From assembly GCA_030688135.1 (NCBI GenBank), contig JAUYIW010000022.1:1-38127 (forward strand): a stretch of 38,127 bases of DNA, in the 5' to 3' direction. The position numbers were made by a program, and so were the translations under genes. The number at the start of each line of letters is the position of its first letter. Position 1 is the first letter of the stretch. The notes under the pieces were generated by a model. It ran no database searches, was not told the origin of the DNA, and was given only the letters and a program-made list of their open reading frames with translations. Of this stretch, positions 9,443 to 19,378 are shown in pieces. Source of the stretch: Candidatus Uhrbacteria bacterium. GTDB lineage: Bacteria > Patescibacteriota > Patescibacteriia > UBA9934.

Positions 9443-9577
9443 CTGCGTTAACCAACATCTTACAACTACGCTATTTTTATTCATAAAAGTCATCAGAAAA
9501 AAAAGTAACTCAATCACAAGTCACTTAATAACACTTGGATTCCACCTCAAGTCCCCTACCCTCATTCACGAACTAAG

Positions 9578-9617
9578 AGATCCTTCGACTCGGCTAACGG
9601 CTTACTCGCTCAGGATG
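9578..9617 (-). repeat. CATCCTGAG...GAAGGATCT hairpin repeat copy
   Basis: AGATCCTTCGACTCGGCTAACGGCTTACTCGCTCAGGATG. Confidence 0.75.
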
Positions 9618-9628
9618 TACAAAAAAGA

Positions 9629-10846
9629 TTAGTACCCAACAACATAGGCTTGCGGATCAACAGGTATTCCGTTTACGCGAACTTCAAAGTGCAAGTGCGG
9701 CCCGGTTGAAAATCCAGTATTTCCAGAGTATCCAATTACTTGGCCTCGTGAGACAAACTGATCAGCTGTAACCGAATAACTCGACAAATGAGCGTATAGC
9801 GTTGCCATTCCGCCCGAATGAATAACCATAACATAATTACCATATGAGCTTCCTTTACGAGCCCATGCGACGACGCCAGGCGCAGCCGAATAAACCGGAG
9901 TCCCTGTAGGAACAGCGGTATCCAGTCCTGAATGTTCAAATAAATGCCTAAACGGATACGTTGGATCGTGGAAAACTGCTGTAATTATACCTCCAGATAA
10001 TGGACGTGTAAGTAAAGAAGGATCACCAACTTGGTCTGACTCTGAAATACGCCTTTCAATATCGGCCTGTAGCTTTACTATCTGTGAAGTGATGTATTGC
10101 TGTTCCTGACGTAGCTCACTCATTAAAACCCTGTATTCGGCTTCAGAATCCTTAGTAATCGCCAGTAGAGCATCCTTTGCATTCTCCTGTTGCTCAAATC
10201 CGGCAAGTTTAATCTTTAACTCACCCTCGAGCTCCTCCAGTTGCACTAATCGCTTCGCCTGTTCCACGCGATTTTTTTCCAGATTTTCTTTTGACACCTT
10301 TGTTCCCTCAAGCGCATTATTTAAATCAGCACTTACATCTTCTAGTTGCTCAATTTCTGTAAATAACTCATTAAAATCTTCTGAGCCAAATAAGATTTCA
10401 ATCAACCCTAATTTATCGTTTAATTGCATTTCAAACAACATTTCTTCAATCATTATCTTTTGAGCTTCTAACTGCTTTTCTTCAAGTTTAATTTTTTCTT
10501 CTAAAATCTGCATCTCGATTTCTTGTCCTTCAATATCGGCCTGTGTCATTGCAACATCAAGCTGTGCAAGTTTCATTTGATTTTCAATAAGCGACAAATC
10601 GTTTCGCAGACTTGCGGACTCATTAGCGTAAAAATTTACTTTTTCCTGATACGAATCCATTTGTCCATTCAATGAATCCATCTGACTCTTCCTGGCATCA
10701 ACTTGACTTTGCAGATCTTCAATTGCAACACTGGTATCATCCACTGCCAAAGAGACGCTTGGTAAAATCAAAATAATAAACAAAACAATTAGCAATGCAT
10801 TTATAGTCCCTTTCCCTAGTTGAATAAAAGTGTTATTCATGTTCAT
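9629..10846 (-). CDS. Secreted coiled-coil M23 metallopeptidase (EnvC/murein hydrolase-like)
   Basis: Signal/TM, long coiled coil, HSGLD (HxxxD) and STGPHLHFEVR (HxH). Confidence 0.92.
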   Translation of the reverse strand: MNMNNTFIQLGKGTINALLIVLFIILILPSVSLAVDDTSVAIEDLQSQVDARKSQMDSLNGQMDSYQEKVNFYANESASLRNDLSLIENQMKLAQLDVAMTQADIEGQEIEMQILEEKIKLEEKQLEAQKIMIEEMLFEMQLNDKLGLIEILFGSEDFNELFTEIEQLEDVSADLNNALEGTKVSKENLEKNRVEQAKRLVQLEELEGELKIKLAGFEQQENAKDALLAITKDSEAEYRVLMSELRQEQQYITSQIVKLQADIERRISESDQVGDPSLLTRPLSGGIITAVFHDPTYPFRHLFEHSGLDTAVPTGTPVYSAAPGVVAWARKGSSYGNYVMVIHSGGMATLYAHLSSYSVTADQFVSRGQVIGYSGNTGFSTGPHLHFEVRVNGIPVDPQAYVVGY

Positions 10847-10885
10847 GAAATCATTATAGCAGAAGCTTTCATTCTGAGGAACAGA

Positions 10886-12349
10886 TTATTTATTAAGCAT
10901 CCCGATCGCTTTATCTATACGTTGAAGCGCAGCCCCCTTCCCTAGCGCCCATAAAAACTCAAATGGACTGGCTGACTTTTCATGACCCGAAAGCGCAACG
11001 CGCATTGGCCAAAGAACATTTCCATTTTGAAGTTCATTTGCGTCAATGTATGCCCGTGCCTCTGCTTCAATTTTCTCAACCGACTCAATAGTAGCGTCAT
11101 CTAGTGCTTGAATAAAACCTCGTATGCCGTCAAGCTGGAGCTTTGCGTCAGCCGAGTCAGCTTTTTTCCAAACAAGCATAGAAGGATCATAAGCCGGCTC
11201 GATCAAATATGGATCAATTGCTTCCTGCAACTCATCTAGTCTATGCACACGCTCTCGTTCAACCACAAGCGCGCGACGTACTGGCTCACTCTCAACATCA
11301 GCTTGTACAAAACTACGTGCGGCCTCTGCAAGCTCATCAATCGACAACAAGCGCATATACTCCCGGTTCATCCAGTCAAGTTTTTCCATATTCATTACAG
11401 CTCCTGACTTATTGACCTTGCTCAAATCGAATAACTTTGTAAGTTCAGTACGAGTAAAAATTTCCTTATCTGCCGATGGATTAAACCCAAGCGTTCCAAC
11501 AAAGTTGATAAGAGCGTCAGGAAGATAACCACGCTTTACATAGTCTTCCACAGCAACATCACCCTGACGTTTTGAAAGTTTGGTTTTATCAGGGTTTAGC
11601 AAAAGTGGAACATGTGCGAATTTTGGAAGTTCAAATCCAAGCATCTTATACAAAATTACATGCTTTGGAGCTGACGGAAGCCACTCTTCACCACGAATAA
11701 TATGTGTTATTTGCATTAGAAAATCATCAACAACTACAGCAAGGTGGTAGGTTGGAAATCCATCTGATTTTAGAATTACCTGATCGTCAATTTCTTTATT
11801 GTTTATTTTGATTGTGCCTCGGATTAAATCAGTAAAAGTAGTCTCGCCCTCTGGCACCTTCATTCGAACTACATGAGCTTCTCCAGCATCAATTCGAGCC
11901 TTCACTTCGGCGTTATCCAGCTTACAACACGCACGGTCATACTTTGGGGTTTGTTTTATTGCTTGTTGAGCTTTGCGCATTTCGTCCAACCTTTCGCGAG
12001 TACAAAAACAATAATATGCATCACCTTGCAGAACTAACTGTTGAACGTAAGGCTTGTATATATCGAGTCGTGCAGACTGCGTATATGGACCAAAATCCCC
12101 TTTCTCATCAATTACGCCGTTCGAATCAATGAATGGACCTTCGTCATTTTCAATCCCAAAAACCGCAAGAGACTCTAGTAAATTTTCAACCGCACCCTCG
12201 ACTAACCGTTCGCGGTCGGTGTCTTCGATTCTAATAACAAATTTCCCTCCATTCTGACGAGTAAAGAAGTAATTAAAAAGCGCCGTATGAAGAGTTCCAA
12301 TATGAACAAAACCTGTTGGAGATGGAGCAATGCGAGTTCGGATTTGCAT
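10886..12349 (-). CDS. gltX: Glutamate--tRNA ligase
   Basis: RIAPSPTGFVHIG, IIRGEEW, KLSKR. Confidence 0.98.
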   Translation of the reverse strand: MQIRTRIAPSPTGFVHIGTLHTALFNYFFTRQNGGKFVIRIEDTDRERLVEGAVENLLESLAVFGIENDEGPFIDSNGVIDEKGDFGPYTQSARLDIYKPYVQQLVLQGDAYYCFCTRERLDEMRKAQQAIKQTPKYDRACCKLDNAEVKARIDAGEAHVVRMKVPEGETTFTDLIRGTIKINNKEIDDQVILKSDGFPTYHLAVVVDDFLMQITHIIRGEEWLPSAPKHVILYKMLGFELPKFAHVPLLLNPDKTKLSKRQGDVAVEDYVKRGYLPDALINFVGTLGFNPSADKEIFTRTELTKLFDLSKVNKSGAVMNMEKLDWMNREYMRLLSIDELAEAARSFVQADVESEPVRRALVVERERVHRLDELQEAIDPYLIEPAYDPSMLVWKKADSADAKLQLDGIRGFIQALDDATIESVEKIEAEARAYIDANELQNGNVLWPMRVALSGHEKSASPFEFLWALGKGAALQRIDKAIGMLNK

Positions 12350-12493
12350 AGTACATTATTTATTATCAAGAAACTGAATTTATTGCTAGGTACGAATGTT
12401 TATTGTCTGGAAGTTCGAAAGTCTTAAAGTCGGAAAGTCAGTACTAAATACTGGGAACTTTCGGTTGATAACTCTGTTTGCTTGTGTGGCACA

Positions 12494-12509
12494 TTTAGTC
12501 CGATCGGAC
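12494..12509. repeat. Core-only copy of the GTCCGATCGGAC palindrome
   Basis: TTTAGTCCGATCGGAC in the intergenic region upstream of gltX. Confidence 0.8.
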
Positions 12510-12538
12510 ACTTTTTGACACACTTGGTTAGATTAAAA

Positions 12539-13357
12539 TTAAGATCTGGAAAATAGCTGACGAACAACTTCCGGCAAAACGCTTCCGCAGGCGTTAATAA
12601 ATCGACCCTGCCTTACTGTATCTGTTGCAACAAGTATTGGAAACTTTACACTAGCTCTATAAATCCTACCAGCTCTTCTTGGTTCAATTATAACTCGCCA
12701 AAGCCACTCAAGTCCGGCTGACTGCATAGGCTTCGGTGCCCTAGGAAGTTTTCCAGCTATCATTTCAAGCGCTCCTCCAACACCGATTGCAATTCTGACA
12801 CTTGGCAAGCTACTCAAATACTGCGAAATAAACCTTTCCTGCTTTCCCTGCCCTAGCGCAACTGCCAAAACTGCTGGTCCTGAAAAACGAATTTGCTCGA
12901 GTACGCTCTGTGGCATGATCACCTTTCCATCTTCACTCATCCTTACAACCCCCGGATCAATCCCAACACAATTCAAACCAATATGATTTTTCATTAAAGC
13001 CTCTGATGCTAAATTTGCGCTTTCAAAACCTCCTCCTAACAAAACCATTGGCAAATTATGCTTATGACAAAGACTAGCTAACATTTGAAGCGAATCAACT
13101 CCTGTGTGTCTATGTAGTGACTCTGTCCCACCAAAAGCCCGATACGCATAGTTAAGGCCAACGCCATCAGGAATTGATAGATTACTTTGGTTAAGAAGAT
13201 TTTTAAATTCACGATCATCTTTACTTTTTAAAAGCATCTCAGGATTTGGAGTAAACACCATTTTTTGTTCATGGCCTGCTAACCACTGAATCAAAATTTG
13301 CTCGAGCTCTCTTCGAGTAAGGTTATCAAAATTTACATTGTAAATTGAAACTGACAT
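12539..13357 (-). CDS. WecB/TagA/CpsF family glycosyltransferase
   Basis: TPNPE, IPDGVG, ALGQGKQE, GVGGA, RAP...GLEWLWR...EPRR. Confidence 0.93.
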   Translation of the reverse strand: MSVSIYNVNFDNLTRRELEQILIQWLAGHEQKMVFTPNPEMLLKSKDDREFKNLLNQSNLSIPDGVGLNYAYRAFGGTESLHRHTGVDSLQMLASLCHKHNLPMVLLGGGFESANLASEALMKNHIGLNCVGIDPGVVRMSEDGKVIMPQSVLEQIRFSGPAVLAVALGQGKQERFISQYLSSLPSVRIAIGVGGALEMIAGKLPRAPKPMQSAGLEWLWRVIIEPRRAGRIYRASVKFPILVATDTVRQGRFINACGSVLPEVVRQLFSRS

Positions 13358-13358
13358 T

Positions 13359-13766
13359 TTAATGACGATAATAAACGAGTAACGCTATTACTCCACCTGT
13401 AAGATCGAAAAAGAAATCAGCCATGGTGTCGGTAAGTCCCATTTGCCTCAAAGGTTTTTCGCTCAAAAGTTGATCGAGTAAAAATTCATGAAACTCCCAG
13501 GCAACACTTATTAACGCAACAATCCCCAGAACAAAAAGAGGGACAAGCCACCATTTCAAGTGACGCACCATTCTGCCTTTGAATCTAATATCTTCAATGC
13601 CTTCGGTCCAAATTGCTAATCCTAGCGCCGCTGCTGCAAACCCTCCGCCAAAATGCATTGGAATGTCGTACCAATCAAAAAAACTATACAAATCAAATGC
13701 TATTCCAAGAGCGTGCAGAACAAGCACAACCATGATTAAGATAAAAGCTCTATTGTAAGTCATCAT
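13359..13766 (-). CDS. Small multi-pass membrane protein (DUF2238/VanZ-like)
   Basis: Four TMs with WYDIPMHFGGG, WEFHE and DTMAD motifs. Confidence 0.7.
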   Translation of the reverse strand: MMTYNRAFILIMVVLVLHALGIAFDLYSFFDWYDIPMHFGGGFAAAALGLAIWTEGIEDIRFKGRMVRHLKWWLVPLFVLGIVALISVAWEFHEFLLDQLLSEKPLRQMGLTDTMADFFFDLTGGVIALLVYYRH

Positions 13767-13809
13767 AATGCAATTTTAACAGAAATTAAGTATTTTTGGA
13801 ATACTTAGC

Positions 13810-13838
13810 TTGACAAAATCGCAAATTTGAACTAGGTT
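13810..13838 (+). promoter_or_regulatory. Sigma70-type promoter for ORF 13916
   Basis: TTGACA-17bp-TAGGTT; AGGAGG SD before the ATG. Confidence 0.55.
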
Positions 13839-13915
13839 GTAAGGTCTAGTTCCTTAGAAATCTGTAGGTTTTCCTGTGGATTTCGTAAACTCAAACTGAA
13901 AAAAAGGAGGACAGA

Positions 13916-15817
13916 ATGTCCAATTTCATCACGTTCGTATTCCTGCTGTTGGCCATAGGTTGCGAAGTCGAGGAAACCAAGGTCGGCGAGAAGTCTGACG
14001 AACCGATCCCTTGTGACGGAACGGCCACTAACTGGCCAGCCGAAGATATAATGCACGCGCTCTATGTTTACGAGGATGGTTCTGCATTCATGTGGAGCAT
14101 CTACAACGTAGTGCTCGATCGCAAGTCATCGAACTGCGTTCGTACCGACGGCGACTACAAAGGGCTTACAGTTCCATGGAGCTGTATTGAACCAGTTGCT
14201 GGCGAACTGTTCGCCGACGGCAAGTGCCCTGCACGCAAGTGCATGTTTAATGTTTCGAACTCTGGTCCTTGCCCCGAAGCATATCTCGAGGACACTGGAG
14301 AAACCGGTGAAATCGAAACTCAGCCCGAAGCAAAACCAAGGACAGTTCGAAAGAGCCGGCCTGCAAAGGCAAAGGCTCCGACGGTAGAGGAAAAAGACAA
14401 GCAGATCTCACAGCTGGCAGTCGTTCACAACGCTCAACTTGAGCTGATTATTGAATCCGAATCCGAATCCGGATACAAAGTCGAGATGGAGTTCATTGGC
14501 AAACCAGAGCCCGAGCCTGATCTCGAGCTTGAACCCATCGCTCAGCCGGTTATCGAGGATGTAGAAACTCCAAAACTGCAAGCGAGCGTCCCTGATGCCG
14601 CTCCTGACATCAATCAGGAACCTACGGTTCATATGACAGAGCCTGTCGTGCAACCTGCGTCAGTAGGGATAGACATCGCTCAACTCAAGAAGCATAAAAC
14701 TGATATCCCGATTGCCAAAATCGAGCAAACCGTGCCAGAAGATAAGAACCAAAAAAAGGTGCTTTCTGTAAATAGCGACGGGAGCACGACGGTTCAGTAC
14801 GTTGACCGCGAGCCGGCTAAGCCAGCAAAGCAGGTTACGAAACCTGAACTAGAGCTTGTAGTGGCAGATCTAGAACCTCCGAAATCAAGCGTTCAACCAC
14901 TCGGACCAGTAGAAATACAGGCCGAAGCCAATGCAATCCGCAAGGCAACGCGCGAACAGCTTGAAGACGGCGACCTGGCGCCAATTGGCGACACGTACCA
15001 AACAATGCGAGTCGTAACTAGCGTCGATTCGGAAGTCATGGTCGTTCTTCCACCTAGAGGATCTTTGGACTTTCCAGTCGAAGGGCCAGGTACAGTGCTC
15101 CTTGAGGCGAGAATTCTCTACGAAAGTAGCGCAAGCGAAACAACGGAGGGAATTATCATAGGAACACACAAGGGAGTGTACAGAAACTCTCTCGAGTTCC
15201 GCAAAGCGCAGGAAGCAAATGCGATTATTGAGGGTAGTACACAGGTGCCATCATTGACCGCGACTGGAAAATTCGAGGTCAGGGAGGACGACAAGTTCCT
15301 CAATCTGTTGAATCCTTCCGCCGAAGGACCATGCCTGATTCGCCTGCATCTCATCATGAGTACTCCACTCGAAGGTGCGGATAGAGGCCCGCAGTTCCGT
15401 ACACCGAACTACGCTCAAATGGAACCAGCGAAGGGAAAAATGATAGTTGCGCCAGAACCAAACTGGCAAGACGTGCAGAGTGGCATGCACAGAAGTCACG
15501 ACTACCTAGTCAAGCACGTTGATTCGCTCGTGCAAAACACACGGGCTGATCTGGACATGTGCTACCTGACAGGTATGACCGAGGCTCCTGGACTCGAAGG
15601 TCGTATTGTAGTGAAGATCGTACTAGATACTGAAGGCAACTCCGAAGTATCGATCCCCTACTCCAATATGGGTGGTTTGGTAGGTTTCCAAACCTGTCTT
15701 TCTTTCACGTTTGAGACAATAGATTATACGGATGCAAACGGTGTACCCTACGAGGACTTCGTTGCCTACGTACCGGTGGACTTTACCGCCGAGACGTCTC
15801 CGGGATTTTTCCGGTAG
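13916..15817 (+). CDS. Putative lipoprotein with Cys-rich N-domain, Pro/Glu-rich linker and C-terminal AgmX/PglI-like (TonB-C-like) domain
   Basis: LLLAIGC lipobox; C-terminal DLDMCY...PGLEGRIVVKIVLDTEG...CL pattern. Confidence 0.65.
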   Translation: MSNFITFVFLLLAIGCEVEETKVGEKSDEPIPCDGTATNWPAEDIMHALYVYEDGSAFMWSIYNVVLDRKSSNCVRTDGDYKGLTVPWSCIEPVAGELFADGKCPARKCMFNVSNSGPCPEAYLEDTGETGEIETQPEAKPRTVRKSRPAKAKAPTVEEKDKQISQLAVVHNAQLELIIESESESGYKVEMEFIGKPEPEPDLELEPIAQPVIEDVETPKLQASVPDAAPDINQEPTVHMTEPVVQPASVGIDIAQLKKHKTDIPIAKIEQTVPEDKNQKKVLSVNSDGSTTVQYVDREPAKPAKQVTKPELELVVADLEPPKSSVQPLGPVEIQAEANAIRKATREQLEDGDLAPIGDTYQTMRVVTSVDSEVMVVLPPRGSLDFPVEGPGTVLLEARILYESSASETTEGIIIGTHKGVYRNSLEFRKAQEANAIIEGSTQVPSLTATGKFEVREDDKFLNLLNPSAEGPCLIRLHLIMSTPLEGADRGPQFRTPNYAQMEPAKGKMIVAPEPNWQDVQSGMHRSHDYLVKHVDSLVQNTRADLDMCYLTGMTEAPGLEGRIVVKIVLDTEGNSEVSIPYSNMGGLVGFQTCLSFTFETIDYTDANGVPYEDFVAYVPVDFTAETSPGFFR

Positions 15818-15831
15818 ACGCCGAAACAACT

Positions 15832-15863
15832 GCCCCCGCTTACGCAAGTACGCGGGGGTTTTT
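15832..15863 (+). terminator. Intrinsic terminator
   Basis: GCCCCCGCTTACGCAAGTACGCGGGGGT plus T-run. Confidence 0.8.
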
Positions 15864-15951
15864 ATTTGGTTTTAGGTGTTAGGTTATAGATGATTACTCT
15901 GATGAACAAAGATAGGTAGTCATGTAGGTACCCTATTCATCACGTCCGAAT

Positions 15952-15985
15952 AGATTTCTCCACTCCTTTCTGTCGGTCGAAATGG
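15952..15985 (-). repeat. CCATTTCGA...GAGAAATCT hairpin repeat copy
   Basis: AGATTTCTCCACTCCTTTCTGTCGGTCGAAATGG. Confidence 0.75.
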
Positions 15986-16035
15986 TAGTTATCGTGTCTT
16001 CAGCCAATAGTCCCTAGTCCTTCTCCACAATAACC

Positions 16036-16076
16036 TTGACTAATCAAACTTAGCACTCTATAATGTAGACTGCTAA
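16036..16076 (+). promoter_or_regulatory. clpB promoter overlapped by a CIRCE (HrcA operator)
   Basis: TTGACT(16036)-17bp-TATAAT(16059); TTAGCACTC-N9-GACTGCTAA at 16050-16076, one mismatch to the CIRCE consensus. Confidence 0.92.
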
Positions 16077-16091
16077 CTTGTAAGCTAGGTG

Positions 16092-16199
16092 TATTATAAT
16101 CGATGATATATTTGTAAAACAGGAGGAGCGTAGTAAGTCGTACCAAAATGTACGGCGTCGAGCACCGCAGTGTTATACAAATAGATCGCGATTATAATA
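16092..16199 (+). repeat. ~108-nt imperfect palindromic element in the clpB 5' leader
   Basis: TATTATAATCG/CGATTATAATA, TATTTGTA/TACAAATA and GTCGTAC/GTACGGC nested stems. Confidence 0.7.
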
Positions 16200-16210
16200 A
16201 CGAGCGTCGT

Positions 16211-18844
16211 ATGATTCCAAATAACTTTACATCAAAATCACAGGAAGCCATCCAATTTGCACAAATGACTGCAAACGAAAATGGCCAACAAGGAGTTGAG
16301 CCAATACATCTTCTTTCAGCCCTTCTAGCTCAAGAAGACGGCATTGTCCTCACAATTTTTTCTAAAATGAATATCGATCTACCCGAACTACGCAGAAATG
16401 TAGATCACATACTCGACTTAATCCCAAAACAACCTACCGGTCCTCAAGGTGGCATTGGTCAAGTTTTACTCTCCCCTACCCTTGCTCGAGTTTTACAACT
16501 TGCAGGTAAAAAAGCAAAAGATTTTGGTGATGATTATATTTCTACCGAACATCTTCTTTTAGGACTTTTGGCTGAGAAAAATATTGGTCAACTATTACTT
16601 AAAAACAACATTACAGAAGAAGCAGTTCTGAATACTTTGAAGGATGTTCGTGGCAACCAAACAATTGATTCTGCTGATCCTGAAGCTAAATTTCAAGCTT
16701 TGGAAAAGTATAGTGTTAACCTTACTGAACGTGCTCGAAACGGAAAAATGGATCCTGTGATTGGACGAGATGAAGAAATTAGACGAGTAATGCAGGTGCT
16801 TGTTCGACGCAAGAAAAATAACCCCGTACTTGTTGGCGAGGCTGGTGTTGGAAAAACCGCTATTGCGGAAGGTCTTGCTCAACGAATTGCTTCAGGCGAT
16901 GTTCCAGAGATCCTAAAAGATCGTGAAATCGCATCGCTTGATCTTGGTGCACTTATTGCAGGAACTAAATTTAGAGGTGAATTTGAAGAACGCTTAAAAG
17001 CTGTTGTTAAAGAAATTGAAAAATCAGACGGAAAAATTATACTTTTTATTGATGAGTTACATACTCTCGTTGGTGCAGGTAAAGGTGATGAATCCCCAAT
17101 GGATGCGTCAAACCTATTAAAGCCTGCGCTAGCTCGGGGTGAAATGCGTGTAATTGGAGCTACAACAAACAAGGAGTATCAAAAATATATCGAGAAAGAT
17201 TCTGCACTTGAAAGACGCTTCCAACCAGTGATGGTTGAAGAGCCATCGGTAAGTGACACTATTGCAATTCTGCGTGGAATAAAAGAAAAATATGAAATTC
17301 ACCACGGAGTTCGGATTTCAGATGCCGCTATTGTTGCCGCTTCAGAACTGAGTGCACGCTACATTACTGACCGCAATCTACCAGACAAAGCGATCGATTT
17401 GATTGATGAAGCTTCGGCCGCACTTAGAATGCAAATTGATTCAATGCCAGAAGAACTCGATCGTTTGAAGCGCGAGGAAATGAAACTTGAAATTGAAAGG
17501 CAATCTCTTTTAAAAGAAAAAGATAAGAGCTCTAAAAATCGCCTAAAAGAAATTGAGAAAACATTAGGTGATCTTAAAGAGCGTTCAGGCGAATTAGAAA
17601 TACGTTGGAAAAATGAAAAAGATATTATTGCCAGAATCAGAAACATCACAAACGAAATCGATAAGCTTACAAATGAAGCAGATATTGAAGAGCGCAAAGG
17701 AGATCTACAAAAAGTTGCAGAGATTCGCTACGGTACAATTCCTGCTAAAAGAGATGAACTTAAAGCAGCTCAAAATGAACTTAAAAAGTTTCAGGCCGAA
17801 CGCGGACTACTAAAAGAAGTTATCACAGAAGAAGAAATCGCAACTGTTGTTTCGCGCTGGACTCACATTCCTCTTTCAAAAATGCTTGAAAGTGAAATGG
17901 CAAAACTCACAAACATGGAAGACAATCTTCGTGAGCGTGTTATTGGTCAAGAAGAAGCGATTAGCGCTGTAAGTAATGCTTTGCGACGCGCACGAGCTGG
18001 CATTGCGGAAGAAAAACGGCCTATTGGTTCGTTTATTTTCCTAGGCCCAACCGGTGTTGGAAAAACCGAACTTGCAAAAGCGCTTGCTGAATTTATGTTC
18101 AATGAAGAAGATGCGTTGGTGCGTGTGGATATGTCTGAATACATGGAAAAGCACGCTGTAAGTAAAATAATCGGCTCCCCTCCGGGCTATGTAGGATATG
18201 AAGAAGCAGGTCAACTTACAGAAACTATTCGAAGGCATCCTTACTCTGTTGTTCTTTTCGATGAAATTGAAAAGGCGCATCCCGATGTATTCAATATTCT
18301 TTTGCAGATCTTAGACGACGGTCACATTACCGATTCAAAAGGACGTAAAGTTAACTTTAAAAACACAGTAATCATAATGACTTCAAACATTGGTTCTGAC
18401 ACAATTCTAAACTCTGGAAAAACTAGCGACATTGGTTTCAATAGCATCGGTCAAGGCAATATTGAAGAAGGAACAAAGCGCAAGGTGTTAGAACACATGA
18501 AGGAACAATTTAGGCCTGAGTTTTTAAATCGAGTAGACGATGTAATTTTCTTCCATGCCTTAAATGAAGCAAATATTGCCGGCATTGTTGAACTTCAGCT
18601 TGGAGAAGTTTCTGAGCGACTAAAAGCTCAACGAGGAATAACGCTAAAGGTTACCGAAAATGCGCGTAAGTTCCTTGCAGAAAAGGGATTCGATCCTCAG
18701 TTTGGAGCAAGACCTCTTAAGCGCGTAATACAGAACTTGATTCTCGACCCGCTCGCGTTAAAAATTGTTAGTGGCGATGTACCCGAAGAAGCCAAAGTCA
18801 CAATTGATGTTCAAAAAGACGAAATACAGATCAAGGTGAAATAG
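16211..18844 (+). CDS. clpB: ATP-dependent chaperone ClpB
   Basis: Clp N domain, GEAGVGKT and GPTGVGKT Walker A motifs, long middle coiled coil; start at MIPNNFT (16211). Confidence 0.96.
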   Translation: MIPNNFTSKSQEAIQFAQMTANENGQQGVEPIHLLSALLAQEDGIVLTIFSKMNIDLPELRRNVDHILDLIPKQPTGPQGGIGQVLLSPTLARVLQLAGKKAKDFGDDYISTEHLLLGLLAEKNIGQLLLKNNITEEAVLNTLKDVRGNQTIDSADPEAKFQALEKYSVNLTERARNGKMDPVIGRDEEIRRVMQVLVRRKKNNPVLVGEAGVGKTAIAEGLAQRIASGDVPEILKDREIASLDLGALIAGTKFRGEFEERLKAVVKEIEKSDGKIILFIDELHTLVGAGKGDESPMDASNLLKPALARGEMRVIGATTNKEYQKYIEKDSALERRFQPVMVEEPSVSDTIAILRGIKEKYEIHHGVRISDAAIVAASELSARYITDRNLPDKAIDLIDEASAALRMQIDSMPEELDRLKREEMKLEIERQSLLKEKDKSSKNRLKEIEKTLGDLKERSGELEIRWKNEKDIIARIRNITNEIDKLTNEADIEERKGDLQKVAEIRYGTIPAKRDELKAAQNELKKFQAERGLLKEVITEEEIATVVSRWTHIPLSKMLESEMAKLTNMEDNLRERVIGQEEAISAVSNALRRARAGIAEEKRPIGSFIFLGPTGVGKTELAKALAEFMFNEEDALVRVDMSEYMEKHAVSKIIGSPPGYVGYEEAGQLTETIRRHPYSVVLFDEIEKAHPDVFNILLQILDDGHITDSKGRKVNFKNTVIIMTSNIGSDTILNSGKTSDIGFNSIGQGNIEEGTKRKVLEHMKEQFRPEFLNRVDDVIFFHALNEANIAGIVELQLGEVSERLKAQRGITLKVTENARKFLAEKGFDPQFGARPLKRVIQNLILDPLALKIVSGDVPEEAKVTIDVQKDEIQIKVK

Positions 18845-18901
18845 GCCTCCCATTACTATCTCGAACCTGTACACTGAACCATATTACCTGTACACACCTC
18901 A

Positions 18902-18960
18902 CCATCTCGACCGAGGCTGTTAATCGACGAGTGGAAAGATCTTTCCTAAAAGATTTCTCC
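18902..18960. repeat. CCATCTCGA...GAAAGATCT hairpin repeat plus start of an inverted copy
   Basis: CCATCTCGACCGAGG...GTGGAAAGATCT (18902-18942), AGATTTCTCC at 18951. Confidence 0.7.
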
Positions 18961-19092
18961 TCGGACTTTAGTCCGGTCTCGTCACTAACGCTGACTGAAG
19001 TGAGCTAGGAAGAGAGGGCGACTTTATTTCTGCTTACCTTCCTCTTCAAAAGGCCAACCCCAGGGGTTGATCTTTTTGTTAAGTGAGATAAT

Positions 19093-19368
19093 TTATTTCT
19101 GCTTACTCTCCTCTTCTGCTTTGAATAACTTCGTAACTACTATTGTGGCGATAATAACAAAAAGCGTTATGGCAAATGCGTAAACAAACTTGGCAATCAA
19201 CCCCTGATCATCTGCCGGGAACAAGAAATCAATCAATCCCTTAATTGCATCGTTCCAAGCAAGGCCTGCAACAAAACCAAGGCCTGCAAGAATATAAGTC
19301 GATACATTAGTTCGTACCGTCTTCTTGATTTCATCAGATCCGTTTTTTACGTGTTTGAATAGGGTCAT
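19093..19368 (-). CDS. DUF5654-like small membrane protein
   Basis: AGLGFVAGLAWNDAIKGLI...KFVYA pattern, two TMs. Confidence 0.75.
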   Translation of the reverse strand: MTLFKHVKNGSDEIKKTVRTNVSTYILAGLGFVAGLAWNDAIKGLIDFLFPADDQGLIAKFVYAFAITLFVIIATIVVTKLFKAEEESKQK

Positions 19369-19378
19369 AAGACTGGGG

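Noticed and set aside
9101-9454. 6S RNA, RNase P RNA or group I intron
   Set aside because: No RNase P or intron consensus motifs and no 6S-like terminal stem; the exact 8-bp TSD is better explained by a MITE
12411-12440. AAAGTC 8-bp-period run, and similar short runs at 1-20 and 1495-1560
   Set aside because: Short low-complexity intergenic repeats with no supportable function
16148-16210. Longer ClpB start at 16148
   Set aside because: It begins inside the leader hairpin; ClpB homology starts at MIPNNFT (16211)
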